DNA of 63,943 bases, counting the filler, from Dicyema japonicum (lineage: Eukaryota; Animalia; Dicyemida), in NCBI GenBank assembly GCA_011109175.1. It is 7 parts of 7 records of this genome, joined end to end, with 100 filler letters (N's around TTAATTAATTAA, not from the genome) between each part and the next. Parts side by side here need not be neighbours in the genome. Positions count along the whole stretch, not along the records: positions 1 to 16,153 come from RDEW01000103.1; positions 16,254 to 21,418 come from RDEW01000258.1; positions 21,519 to 35,389 come from RDEW01000142.1; 4 more parts are not named here. One strand, written 5' to 3'. Positions 14,517 to 25,899 of the stretch are shown in pieces; position 1 is the stretch's first letter; every line of letters starts with the position of its first letter. The position numbers were made by a program, and so were the translations under genes. The notes under the pieces are model-generated. The model saw only the letters and a list, made by a program, of their open reading frames with translations. It did not search any database and was not told where the DNA came from.

Positions 14517-15561
14517 ATATCGTTGCTGCTCTGACTGCTCAGCTATTCCCTGTCAGTATTTCGAAAACGATTAACTAAAAAATAACCTAACACTCACGGA
14601 AATCTCCAGTGCTTCTAGAAATTTGATTCCTCTGACGACCCCATGAATTTGAGCCTTAAAGCCACAAGGATTCAAATTTAAAATCAACTTTGTATGGTAG
14701 TACACACGTAGTAAAATATCATTTTTTAGAAACTAAATACAAAAACAAATTTCAAAAGTTCGTGAGACTTTAACCTTTGACGGTGAAAAGAATTTCGAAT
14801 CAAATAAAGTATTAGAATACGTTTATTACGTCATCTAAAATTTCTCAAAATCGTACGCTTATCGAGGTTAGGGTCACTTCTCAAAATTGCCTTAAGGAAG
14901 TTGAGGTGGACAAGTTCTACAAGAGTGACTTGCTGGCCGATTACTTGGGATAATTCGCAATTTAAGGGAGAAAATAGTTCATTTGTCATGACTTGATACG
15001 GAATATTCTCAAGATTCTTTAAAAGTCGCCTGGATGATTTCAAAGTAAGAAAAAGTTAAAGGGTTTATGCAGACACTTTTGCTTATAAAAAACTTTAGTG
15101 AGAGACAAAGATTATCTATGCTTATTGAGGAAGATGCTCAGGCTAAATGTAAAATCAGGGAAGTCTCTGAATTAGGAATGCTATAGACGAGATAGATAAA
15201 AGTGAGCCAAATTGTTAAATTCAAACACCCAATCCTCTCATAAAATTATATACGGATGGTTTGTATAAATACAAAATTTCCTCCAATGGCGACGCACTTT
15301 GTGATTTAAATATCCTGAAGCAAGGACGATCGTTATCTGAATATCATTAAATGTCATTTTGAGGAAAAATTGTTATCACCAACAGAGTCGGGGACATTTA
15401 TTTCACAATTTGAGTATTTAAATGAAATAAACAGGTTACTCGGCATTTTATTATAGTGTCATTTATTATTTAATAATTCTATCCTCCCATTGCGTGTACA
15501 ATATTTAAAGGTCATATGGAGACTTTTCATAACAACTAACTCTATTTTTATTTAATAAAGG

Positions 15562-15788
15562 ACCGGTGTGGTAGTACCGTCAATGTTATGGACATCATGC
15601 CCTTTTTTGTCAAAGAAAGCAAAACAATTCACAAGACATAAGGCAATCAACGAAATTTTCGAGCACTCGAGCCTTCTAGATACCACACCATACTTGAATT
15701 TGTTGGAATGGACAGAGGAACGGAAAACGGCCTGACGGAATCACAATTTTTCCATTCAAGAAGGGGAAACTTTTGCTATGGGAGGCTA
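15562..15788 (+). mobile_element. CRE-clade CCHC/RLE fragment
   Basis: ccggtgtggtagtaccgtcaat...ggaatggacagaggaacggaaaacggcctgacggaatcacaatttttcca encodes a decayed RCG..V...GMDRG.GKRPDGITIFP...WEAT. Confidence 0.8.
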
Positions 15789-16153
15789 CTAATTCATTAA
15801 TTAATAAAATATTTCTATCAAATTCACTTTTATTCATACAATTTTTTTTGAATTTTCTATTTCATCAAAATGACATTAAATAATGAATAAAAAATTGGTT
15901 GAAGCTTATGTTGTTCGTCTGTTTCTCCTCCTCTTCCTATTAGAGTGGTGTCATGTGATTCCACCTGTCTAGGTGGCACCCAGTGCAGGCCAGTACGAAA
16001 AAAAATGATTTGCTCTCCCCCACTCCACTGGAGGGGTTTCCACAACTGCAAATATGGACGTCTTTTACCCTTTATGTTGATTCCGGGTGGACTCTGTTTC
16101 TGTAAAAGTTGAAACTGCTACAATTAATTACTTTAATTTTTTCTCGCGTGTAT

Positions 16154-16253
16154 NNNNNNNNNNNNNNNNNNNNNNNNNNNNNNNNNNNNNNNNNNNNTTA
16201 ATTAATTAANNNNNNNNNNNNNNNNNNNNNNNNNNNNNNNNNNNNNNNNNNNN
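16154..16253. other. Artificial 100-bp gap with TTAATTAATTAA linker (also 21419-21518, 35390-35489, 44869-44968, 56775-56874, 62785-62884)
   Basis: Same 100-bp N-linker-N layout six times; the linker puts stop codons in all six frames. Confidence 0.95.
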
Positions 16254-16263
16254 GTTGAATAAC

Positions 16264-18236
16264 TCAACGAGCAACTAATTGTTTTCCTGTCAAGAATTGT
16301 CCTCCAATGTCGGGATCCTCGGGCTTGTGGACTCTTAAAGCCCACCTTCGACCAACCAGAAACCCCAACAAGAGCAGAATGCCAAGAATGGGAATTAGAG
16401 ACCACATAAATATTGGATCAATCGAATACTTTTGAGTTTTAGAATTATCCACTATGATTTGAAGAGTTATAAAACTCTCCTGCTCTCTGTCCACTCCGTT
16501 ATCACTGACTCGTATTGTCATTTGAAAATTCTCTGGAGGCAACGTGGATTTCTGCAGACGGATTTCTCCTGAAACTTCGTCAATGGCAAAATAGTGACGG
16601 AATCGTCCTTGTATAATTTCATAATCCAAAAGTGCGTTGAGTCCAATATCACCATCCGTAGCAATAATCCTTGTGACTATTTGAGACTCAGTAATATTCT
16701 CAAGTTGTATTATTTTATTGATTGGTGAAATTATTTTAGGTTTGTGGTCGTTAAGGTCTTCGATTTCGACAGTCACTTTACACAAAGTCTCAAATTGCTT
16801 TAAAGTGCCGCCGTCCCTGGCAAGCACTGAAAAATCACACGTGGAAAATTTATGTGCATTGAGTAGTTTTTTGAGGATTAATGCCCCGCTTGCCTCTTCG
16901 ATTGTAAAGTAATAAGAACAATTTTTAGAAAATGAACTTTGACGAAGGAAATAACTGATTTCTCCATTTTGTCCTGAATCCTCATCATTTGCCTGAATCC
17001 GTCCAATGTCTGATTGTATGACATGATCTTCTCGAATTTTAAAATAAAAATAATTCGCGGAAAAAAGCGGAGAGTTATCATTTTTATCGACAACTACCAC
17101 AGTGATCATTGCAGAAGAGGAATACCGATTCGGCATTACACCACCATCAAATGCAAATATTTTAAATTGATATTCTCGCTGATATTCATAGTCAAGTTCT
17201 TGTAAAACTTCAAAGGTACCGCTACTGGAAACCCGAAACAAATTTGAGTATCCCTCCACATAATATGTCACGTGGTTATTTGGAAAAGTCAAGTCTCGAT
17301 CAGTCGCAAGTACTGCGTTTTGTATTTTTACGATTTTGTTTTCAGGAATTGACAAAGTGTAGTGGTTTTTTGTAAATTCTGGCTTGCAGTCGTTCTCGTC
17401 GTCGACATTTACAGTCACCAAATCTGTGCTGGTTTTGGAGGGTGAGCCGTGGTCAGAACATTCAATGTTTACTTCTATTTTTTGAGTTTTTTCATAATCA
17501 AAGGCTCTTATTCCCGTAAAAATAAGATCATAAATTTGTCGTTTCTGAAAAGACTGGACTTTCAATGATTTTTGTTTGAGAGCAAAATCTTCTGTGAGAA
17601 CTTTACACGTCACTTTTCCGTTTTTTCCTGCATCTTCATCAGTTACGGAGAATTGTCCAAGGGGGTTTCTGGGAAGTTGATTTTCCGTAATTTTTAAAAA
17701 TCTGTCTTCTCCATTCCAATCAATGGCGGGAAAATTATCATTAACATCGACCAAATACAAACACGTGTCTATTTCGTTTTTGTGCAAAACTTTTCCTTCA
17801 TAGATAATAAGATGTAGAGAGAGTTTACATATTTCATTTTTTGCACAATATTCTCGGAGAAGTCCACTTTCTCGATCGAGTTTGTGAATAATTTGTATTG
17901 TACCGTCGGAATTGACATCAAAATATCTGCAGATGTGACACCAGTCGGCCCATTGGAACAGAACAAGAGAGTTGCCGGTATTACTTATTAGATTTGGAAG
18001 TTGTTGTCGGGCATTCCCAACTTTGACTCCCACGTTAGCCGAGTCTTCTTCGATGGAAACAGAACAAGAGAGTTGCCGGTATTACTTATTAGATTTGGAA
18101 GTTGTTGTCGGGCATTCCCAACTTTGACTCCCACGTTAGCCGAGTCTTCTTCTATGGAAAAGTTACAGACATGATCGTCCGTATTTATAAATATAATCAA
18201 ATTCAGAAACAAAAATGTGTTTAATCCAAAATGCAT
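16264..18236 (-). CDS. Protocadherin-like type I membrane protein (signal peptide, 5 cadherin repeats, TM, short tail), intronless
   Basis: 589-aa ORF with DRE/DYE, DxND and AxDxD motifs, EC1 with LDRE..C-x5-C, and a hydrophobic TM (FMWSLIPILGILLLLGFLVG). The signal peptide lies in ORF 17988-18236 and joins in frame when one copy of a 101-bp tandem duplication is removed. Confidence 0.9.
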
Positions 18237-19029
18237 TTAATGGTAAGTAAATTCCAAACTTATCCTAAACTACGGGAATTTAGAATATCAATCAAAAATA
18301 ACGATCATTAAACAAAAACAATGAAAAATGACAGCAAAGATAATCAAGATGAAATGATGAGTCGTGCTCAAGATGACAGTTCAGATCGAACTTTGGTGAT
18401 TTCGACAGAAATTAGAGTTTTTTTCACTTTTAAAAAATGTCAATGAAATTCCTTTTGTATGATTTTAATCGCTTCGATTAGAGCTGAAGTTTAATTCTTA
18501 ATAGAAACGAATTATAAATCCAATAAAGACTATTTAAATCAAAGTAAAATCCGTAATACAAATAGACATCTGCCTTCGTTAGAATAAATTTTAGTTATTC
18601 AGACGTTCTAATTGACGTTGTCTTCACGACTTTCATTGTGTTGGAAATGCCTAATTAGGTTTAAATTGATTTTTATTAATATTTAACAATTCACATTAAT
18701 CTCTGGATTATATAAATTATTTTGTTTAAGTTCGCTATACAAAGTCTTTAATTATCTCCCCTTACATTCCAACTGCTGTGCAGGTCGACAAAAAGAGAGT
18801 TGGTTAATTTAAGGAAATATTAAATTAACAGATAAACACATTGAGTTCAATAGTGATATTGAGTATGTTTAAGAGTTAAGCGAATTGTCGAGAACCAACC
18901 AACNGCCTAATTAGGTTTAAATTGATTTTTATTAATATTTAACAATTCACATTAATCTCGGGATTATATAAATTATTTTGTTTAGGTTCGCTATACAAAG
19001 TCTTTAATTATCTCCCCTTACATTCTTGT

Positions 19030-19130
19030 TTGTCGATGTGGGTCACCTTCTCGTGGTGGCAAATGATAGTTTTTCATGGAATTAACTACCAAAAGACCCA
19101 CAACCTCCCCCCTGTCGGATCGGATATATT
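19030..19130 (+). mobile_element. LINE ORF1 zinc-knuckle scrap
   Basis: tgtcgatgtgggtcaccttc (CRCGSPS) nearly matches the minus-strand sequence at about 29960-29985. Confidence 0.45.
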
Positions 19131-19611
19131 CCGTGACGTTGGTGGCTGCAAAGCAGGCGCGAAGCCGTTGCTCCCAAGGACCTCTCTTTTATACTCCCAA
19201 CTCGCCCTTCTCCTCTNGTCGCTGAGCTGACCCTTAGGCTCTCGACTATTCCTTTATTTACTTACTAGCATCTAATCTTGTTTTCTTATATTAAAAAAAA
19301 AGTTAAATTTTTTTTGTAGGATAATTTTTTCCTAATTTTCTAATAAGAAATTTATTATTAAAAAGAACTTTTATTATTAGTAATAATATTTTGTTTTTTT
19401 ATTATATAAAATGATTTTATTTAAAATTAAATTTTTTTTGTAGGATAATTTTTTCCTAATTTTCTAATAAGAAATTTATTATTAAAAAGAACTTTTATTA
19501 TTAGTAATAATATTTTGTTTTTTTATTATATAAAATGATTTTATTTAAAATGTAATGTAAAAGAATTTTTCTAATTGTAATTTATTACATTCGAGCTACT
19601 GTGGACTAACA

Positions 19612-20010
19612 ATGATAATAAATGAATGTAATTTGATTTCCTTTCCTAAAAATCCAAAATATATTACAAAAATTGGATGGCTGGAAATGCTAAGTCCTCA
19701 AAATAGAATGTATTTCTTTATCTTAACCGAAAATCTTCTATTTTACTACAAAAAACAAAACGACGTAGAACCAGTTAATATTTATTTTATTACATTATAG
19801 GTTGGGGTGTTTATTTTGGAGCAATTCACAATAAATTTAATAAATTACAGTCCGTTTTCATTTTCGATAAATTACAACGGTAATTATTGCTGATGATTAA
19901 GTTTAGAATTGGCATTCAATGTGGATTTAAATGCAGAAAATGAACAAGAAATGACTGAATGGATAAAATTTATTACCGCATCGACTTATGATAACAAAAA
20001 AATAATGTAA
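19612..20010 (+). CDS. PHETA1: Sesquipedalian/PHETA-like PH-domain protein; exons 19612-19773, 19801-19879, 19907-20010
   Basis: Spliced product MIINECNL...FILTENLLFYYKKQNDVEP|VGVFILEQFTINLI...LNAENEQEMTEWIKFITASTYD matches the family pattern (MKLNERS, NMLFYF...EPVGVIILE, LAAESQ..M..W). Two 27-nt GT-AG introns. Confidence 0.8.
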
Positions 20011-20947
20011 TTTACACATTTTTAAAGTTAAAATTTTTTAAATATTACTTTCTGTAAGCTGTATGAAGTGTTCGTATTTCACTTTTATTCTCAGTAATGA
20101 AGTAAAGGAGTAACTACAATTACATATATAGTTTCTCAAAAATAGATTTTTGATTTATATAATTGAACAAATCATTGAAAAATCTTAAACAAATTCAAAT
20201 AAAAAAATAAGTTAGATTCATTAAAAGATTAAACGATTAATATTTTAAATTAATTATGGTCTAATAAGACATTATTTTGTATTTTATGTAAAATATCAAC
20301 TATTTTCAGAACCACAAAAACAAAATAAAATAAAATTTTGGAATGAAATCAATGGAATAGATAAAANTTTATATAATTGAACAAATCATTGAAAAATCTT
20401 AAACAAATTCAAATAAAAAAATAAGTTAGATTCATTAAAAGATTAAACGATTAATATTTTAAATTAATCTTTCTCATATTTTATGGTCTAATAAGACATT
20501 ATTTTGTATTTTATGTAAAATATCAACTATTTTCAGAACCACAAAAACAGAATAAATTAAAATTTTGGAATGAAATCAATGGAATAGATAAAGGATTTGA
20601 ACATAAAAATGATTGAAAAAATTAATAGGTTCAAATTTTTTTGTCGCTAGACCACAGCCTACAACAAGCTGGGTACAAGTATTAAACTCATTATTTGCGA
20701 TAAAAATGCCTATAAACTTTCTATGATTGCAGATCTTATGGCCATGATTGACGAATAATTCAAACATTGTGAGGAAAATCTCAATTTCTGTCAACATGTT
20801 GACACGCAGAACACAACAAAATAGATATTTCAATTTAGAGACTGAAATGAAGCGATATCTATAAAACAAGAGGTTGTGTTTAATAAATCAATTAATTATA
20901 TTTAAAAAATAATAAATTATCATTAAATAAATTTTTCCTTGTGTGTC

Positions 20948-21397
20948 ATGGCGGAAAGGACATTACTGGACCGGAAAAACGAAATATATTTGTTCTCAGC
21001 ACTAAAGAAGAGCAAGCCAGTCGGTAATGACATATCCTTAATGAAAGGAATTAATAAACATTTCAGAATGATATTTACCTGCAGAAAGTACAACCAAATA
21101 TGCCCCATTGAATCACAAGTCTCCCCAACCGAGATATGGGAGCATCTGTCCACCCTATACGATATGGAATCACTCGTTCGTCTTATCTTATACACGACAG
21201 GACAATTCCGAGTCTTTGCCTTTCCCTGAGGACGAGTCCGACTTTGAGTTGAGTCCAACCATGTTCCCAAAAAAGCTGTTCAATTCAAAATTCCCTCGTG
21301 CCCTGGCATACTTCGATGGCAGAGGTTTTTAGCCCTTTTTACTTTCCCAGAAGACCACCAGAGTCAGCTGGAGACTGCCCTTAGTCTAGTCGAATAA
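20948..21397 (+). CDS. MRGBP: MRG-binding protein / Eaf7 (NuA4-TIP60 subunit)
   Basis: EIYLFSALKKSKPVG|INKHFRMI...EIWEHLSTLYDMESL|DNSESLPFPEDESDFEL matches the MRGBP motifs HKPVGVNRHFHM and IWDHLSTMYDM. Introns 21024-21047, 21176-21200 and probably 21325-21350. Confidence 0.85.
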
Positions 21398-22519
21398 TAA
21401 ATCCAGTTTTTTAAAAGTNNNNNNNNNNNNNNNNNNNNNNNNNNNNNNNNNNNNNNNNNNNNTTAATTAATTAANNNNNNNNNNNNNNNNNNNNNNNNNN
21501 NNNNNNNNNNNNNNNNNNTGGGCAATCTTACATGTTGTTTAACGATAGGGCAGTCGACGATAGGATAATCAAAATAACTTGTCCAAATTTTAATTCATTC
21601 CAGAAGTGAAGAATCTCAGTACTTTATTAGGAAATTAAATAGTTAATTAGTTTATTTTAATTTAATAAAGGAGATAAACCGATGGCATATGAATGATCAG
21701 AGTTTGTTGCTATATTTTAGGAAATCATAGAAAGTGTTATTTTTTATTAACATTTCAGTATATTATGCACGTCAGCATAATTTTCTATTTACACATTTGT
21801 GAATGTCTAAAATACCAGTCTCCAACTTGTTCCCCTGATTTTAGCCACTTGTAAATCGCTAAAACATTTTCGTGCATAAAAAACTTAATAAAACTATTTT
21901 TACACTGAATACTTTATACAACGTATTTAATTTAATTTTCATGATGTCTGAAAATTAACATAGACAAGAGAGACAGTAGAGTATAATTAGACTTTCGGCG
22001 CTTGAGTGTTTTGTAGTAAGCCCGAAAGCTCGCGTTCCCTGTTTAATTAAAAAAATGTGTATTTTAACCGCCACCCAGAAACTATTTTTTAATGATCATA
22101 GAAAGGTCTTTGATTAATAGTTCCTGGGTATTGATTAGATACTCACTAAAGTTCAGCCCGTTAGCGGATGTTTTCAATGCACTCGCACACTTTTCCATGT
22201 CATAAAAGAAGTACCAGAAGTCCGCAACTTAGTTAATGAATGAAAACAGCATTGCATTATACACCTTAATCAAGAACTTCTTAGATTAAAGGCTCGAAGT
22301 GCTCCGAGTCTTTGTATGACAAGCCTTTTCAAGCGTGCTAATAAACCTAATATACCTTTGTGGGATCAGGGGGCCTCCTAGATTTTCCCACAAGGACAAC
22401 CTCAGTTTCATTTTTTTGTTTATCACCTCGAATTGCAGGCTCTCGATAAAAATAACTTTACAGTATCAATCAGTATTAGAGATGCCTTTTTGAAGTAGTC
22501 ATTGGTATCCGATTTAGTC

Positions 22520-24280
22520 CAGGGCCAATGAACTTATACAAGAATTTCTTTATTGAATATATCGTCTGTACCGCTTCTAGAACTATCCGACTTTTGAATT
22601 TAAGGCTTTCGTATCTTTCTGCAGGTACTTGCACTGGGGAAAACCGGTCCCGATTTTTTGGGTATCAAGAATGGAGGTCGGAATGCAAAAAACTGGATAA
22701 GCGAAATCCTAACTTCTGGAAAGCATATCAACGCCTTAGCAGCAATGATGCCAAAGGAGTTGAAATTTCATTCAAAGGACCAGATGGAAAATACATCTGC
22801 TCTGATCATGTCCCAGATGCACTCAGGAACCAACTCAGTCATGTTCAAGAGGTCGAATCAACCGTCCCATGAAAGACCTATGACAGGATTGTGAAGAAAC
22901 TTGACTCTTCGCAGTTGTTGGAGGGACAATTGTGTGGGGCGATAACACAGGGAGAGGGCGAAACGGCAATTGCTGGGTTGAAGAATAAGGCACCTGGTTT
23001 CAACTACATCCCTCAGATATTGTTAAAGAAGGCCCCTGAACTTCTAATACAAGCACTGACTATGATGTTTGACGCCAGCCGGGCGTTTGGACACCTTCCA
23101 TCAGCATGGAAACATAAAATGATACCAAAATCGGGTAAATCGACACTTCTAGCAGCGAACTATCGGCCAATTAGCCTCATTTGTGCTTTCTCCAAAACAA
23201 CGGAAAGATTGTCTTCAACAGACTTTCTCGTTATGTGGAATCACAAAAGTTGCTTTCACCGGTACAATGGGTTTCCCGAAGGAAGACGCACAGAGACTGT
23301 TTGAAGGAGCTAGAGCACCAAATATCCCGGCTCACAGAAACAAAGCCTGGTAACTGTGGTGTGCCTCGACCTCGCCAAAGCTTTCGATAGCGTATGGCAC
23401 CTGGGCCTACTTGCGAGAGTTTATGAAACCGGAGCCGGAATGAAGATTTATCGATGGCTGGAGAGCTATTTGTCCGAAAGAAAATCCTTTGTTCGCTGTG
23501 GGAATGTCCTATCAGGGTGTGTAGAACTTAGAAGGGGCGTCCCGCAGGGGTCGGTATTGAGCCCACTTCTTTTCAATCTCGTTCTGGCGGACATTCCTGC
23601 CGTCCCTACGTACTGGCAAACTCATCATATATGCTGATGACATCTTGGTCACGGACACTTCAAAAAGAATTTCCCAGTCTTGGAGACGACTTAAGTCATA
23701 CATTGCCATGCTAAAGAAGTGGACAATAGAGAAGGGCTTGACCCTAGCACCTGAGAAAGCACCATTTCATGGATGCGGAGAGGGAGTCGTTGTGCGGCGT
23801 CGTGCGCTTATGCTATGNNNNNNNNNNNNNNNNNNNNNNNNNNNNNNNNNNNNNNNNNNNNNNNNNNNNNNNNNNNNNNNNNNNNNNNNNNNNNNNNNNN
23901 NNNNNNNNNNNNNNNNNNNNNNNNNNNNNNNNNNNNNNNNNNNNNNNNNNNNNNNNNNNNNNNNNNNNNNNNNNNNNNNNNNNNNNNNNNNNNNNNNNNN
24001 NNNNNNNNNNNNNNNNNNNNNNNNNNNNNNNNNNNNNNNNNNNNNNNNNNNNNNNNNNNNNNNNNNNNNNNNNNNNNNNNNNNNNNNNNNNNNNNNNNNN
24101 NNNNNNNNNNNNNNNNNNNNNNNNNNNNNNCTGAAACTGGCTTACGGAGTACAAACTTGACGGTAGGCTAGAAGACTCGCAAGAATCCTCTGTGCCCACG
24201 ATCCGGATGGTCTTGGAGAAAACTTGTGTCTCATCATCATAATTGGGGTAGCACTGAAAGAAGACACTTCGGTGCCTTGT
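22520..24280 (+). mobile_element. I/Jockey-group LINE ORF2 (reverse transcriptase), frameshifted, interrupted by an N gap
   Basis: KNKAPG, NYRPISL, LDLAKAFDSVWH, GVPQGSVLSPLLFNL and (Y)ADDILV motifs spread over several frames. Confidence 0.9.
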
Positions 24281-24854
24281 TTTTTATCTCCCCGTTAATG
24301 ATTTTCTTTTTCTTTGGGTTTTGGTTTTTTGGGAAATAAAAAGAAATCATTCATTCATTCAACTTTTTTTACAAATTTTTTAAATAATTATTTTCAATTT
24401 TTGTCCACGAAAGTGCAAAACCTCTATTGCTCGCCAAATTCTAAATCTCGCTACGATTTGGTCGGTCCCAAAAAATGGCGAGATTTAGGAGTTTAACTGT
24501 ACTTGATTTTAGCTCTTTCATTAATTCCCACTTTTTCATGGAAATTCCAACTCATTTCTAACCATTTTTATATAAAATTAAAACTCTAGATTTATATAAA
24601 ATTAAGTTAATCTTATTTTTAAATTTATATTAAACAGGTTAAATTTAAACCAATCTCGATATCTAATTGCGCGAATTACTGCTTCGAATTTTGTTTCGAT
24701 TCACATATTGTCAATGTTTTTTGCTTTATGCCTTTCGATTACTCTTTTTAATTTATTATACAACAATATATAATTGATTATTTCATGTCTGTTTTTGGAA
24801 ATGTCTTATTGGTCGCATCTGAAATGATAAGTTTTTATCAAAATGGGTATTAAA

Positions 24855-25090
24855 GCATTTGGTATAGCGGATCATCTTCATCCCTTTTCGAGCAAGCATA
24901 GTACTGTAAGGTTTCCCCCATGATCGCTCAAACGACATCGTACAAAGAGTACTGGATACAACTAGATTTCCTTTAATGCTTGAACCAGCTGGCTTGATCG
25001 CAGGACGAAAAAGCCAAAAAGGAATGACCATCTTCCACTTTAAAAAAGTCGCTTGATTGGGACGCGACATGCGCAGATTCTTTTTTCCTT
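24855..25090 (+). mobile_element. Divergent CRE-clade RLE fragment
   Basis: NDIVQRVLDTTRFPLMLEPAGL...GMTIFHF...WDATCADS. Confidence 0.7.
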
Positions 25091-25444
25091 TTCTTGGACG
25101 TTTTCTTCGATCATAGATCACTGCATCCTACGAAGTGCATGGTATAAATTATCCACATTTACAAATTGATAGATTTAATTAATTTTTTTGTCACTTCTAA
25201 TATCCAATGGTAACTAGAGTTTAAAATCTCTATTTTGGATAATTTTGTGACCGAGATGTAAATATGGATGAATTAACAATAAGTATATGATTATAATCCT
25301 TATAAAAATGCTTTCTGAATTTATCCAAGAATCTACCACAGAACTCCTTTTATTTTGCTTTTGGTGACATTTCCAGAAGCAAAAATGGTTATAATTTTTT
25401 TAAAATAGGTCCTCATGTTAATTTTTATAATTATAAAATCATTA

Positions 25445-25895
25445 AGAACGCCCTAGACTCTGCGGGCATTTCCAACTCAACTGGAACCCCTGGGCTTTTT
25501 CGTGAAGATGGAAAACGCCAAGATGGTGTTACGTTCTTCCCTTTCCTGAAGGTAAATTTCTAGCATGGGACTGCGCATCTACCGACACTTTCTCCCAGTC
25601 CAATATCGTTAACTTGGACTCCGACCCGGGGTCAGCAGCAAGAACATACGAAACATTAAAGCTAACCAAATACTAAAAAACTCGGCGAAGACTTTATCGT
25701 CCAGCCGATAGTCGTGGAAACATCCGGGATTTTTGGTCCATCCACTCTTTCTTTCGTAGACGGCTCGGATCGCTGATTTCTATGTGCACGAAGGACCCTC
25801 GCGAGACCCAATGGCTGTTTCAGCGTCTCTCATTGGCGGTCATCCGGGGGAACAGCCAGGCGATTCTATCTGCTGTGGCTGTGTGACCTCTTCCC
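25445..25895 (+). mobile_element. CRE-clade 3' end (RLE domain to stop codon)
   Basis: ALDSAGI...GLFREDGKRQDGVTFFPF...LAWDC...DTFSQS...VETSGIFGP...ETQWLFQRLSLAVIRGNSQAILSAVAV-stop, then a pyrimidine-rich tail. Confidence 0.85.
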
Positions 25896-25899
25896 TTCT

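Noticed and set aside
16198-16209. Recurrent TTAATTAATTAA motif inside N runs
   Set aside because: Fixed 100-bp gap layout with an all-frame stop linker; an assembly device, not biology.
17957-18158. Exact 101-bp tandem duplication in the protocadherin 5' end
   Set aside because: Identical copies, read-length-like size, and removal restores the ORF; most likely misassembly.
18649-19027. About 120-bp duplication around a single N (similar cases near 20367, 41072 and 43598; also 19300-19550 without N)
   Set aside because: Unmerged contig or haplotype overlaps typical of scaffolding; not treated as real repeats or extra WASP exons.
23645-24199. ORFs of 120-170 aa
   Set aside because: Mostly translated N gap.
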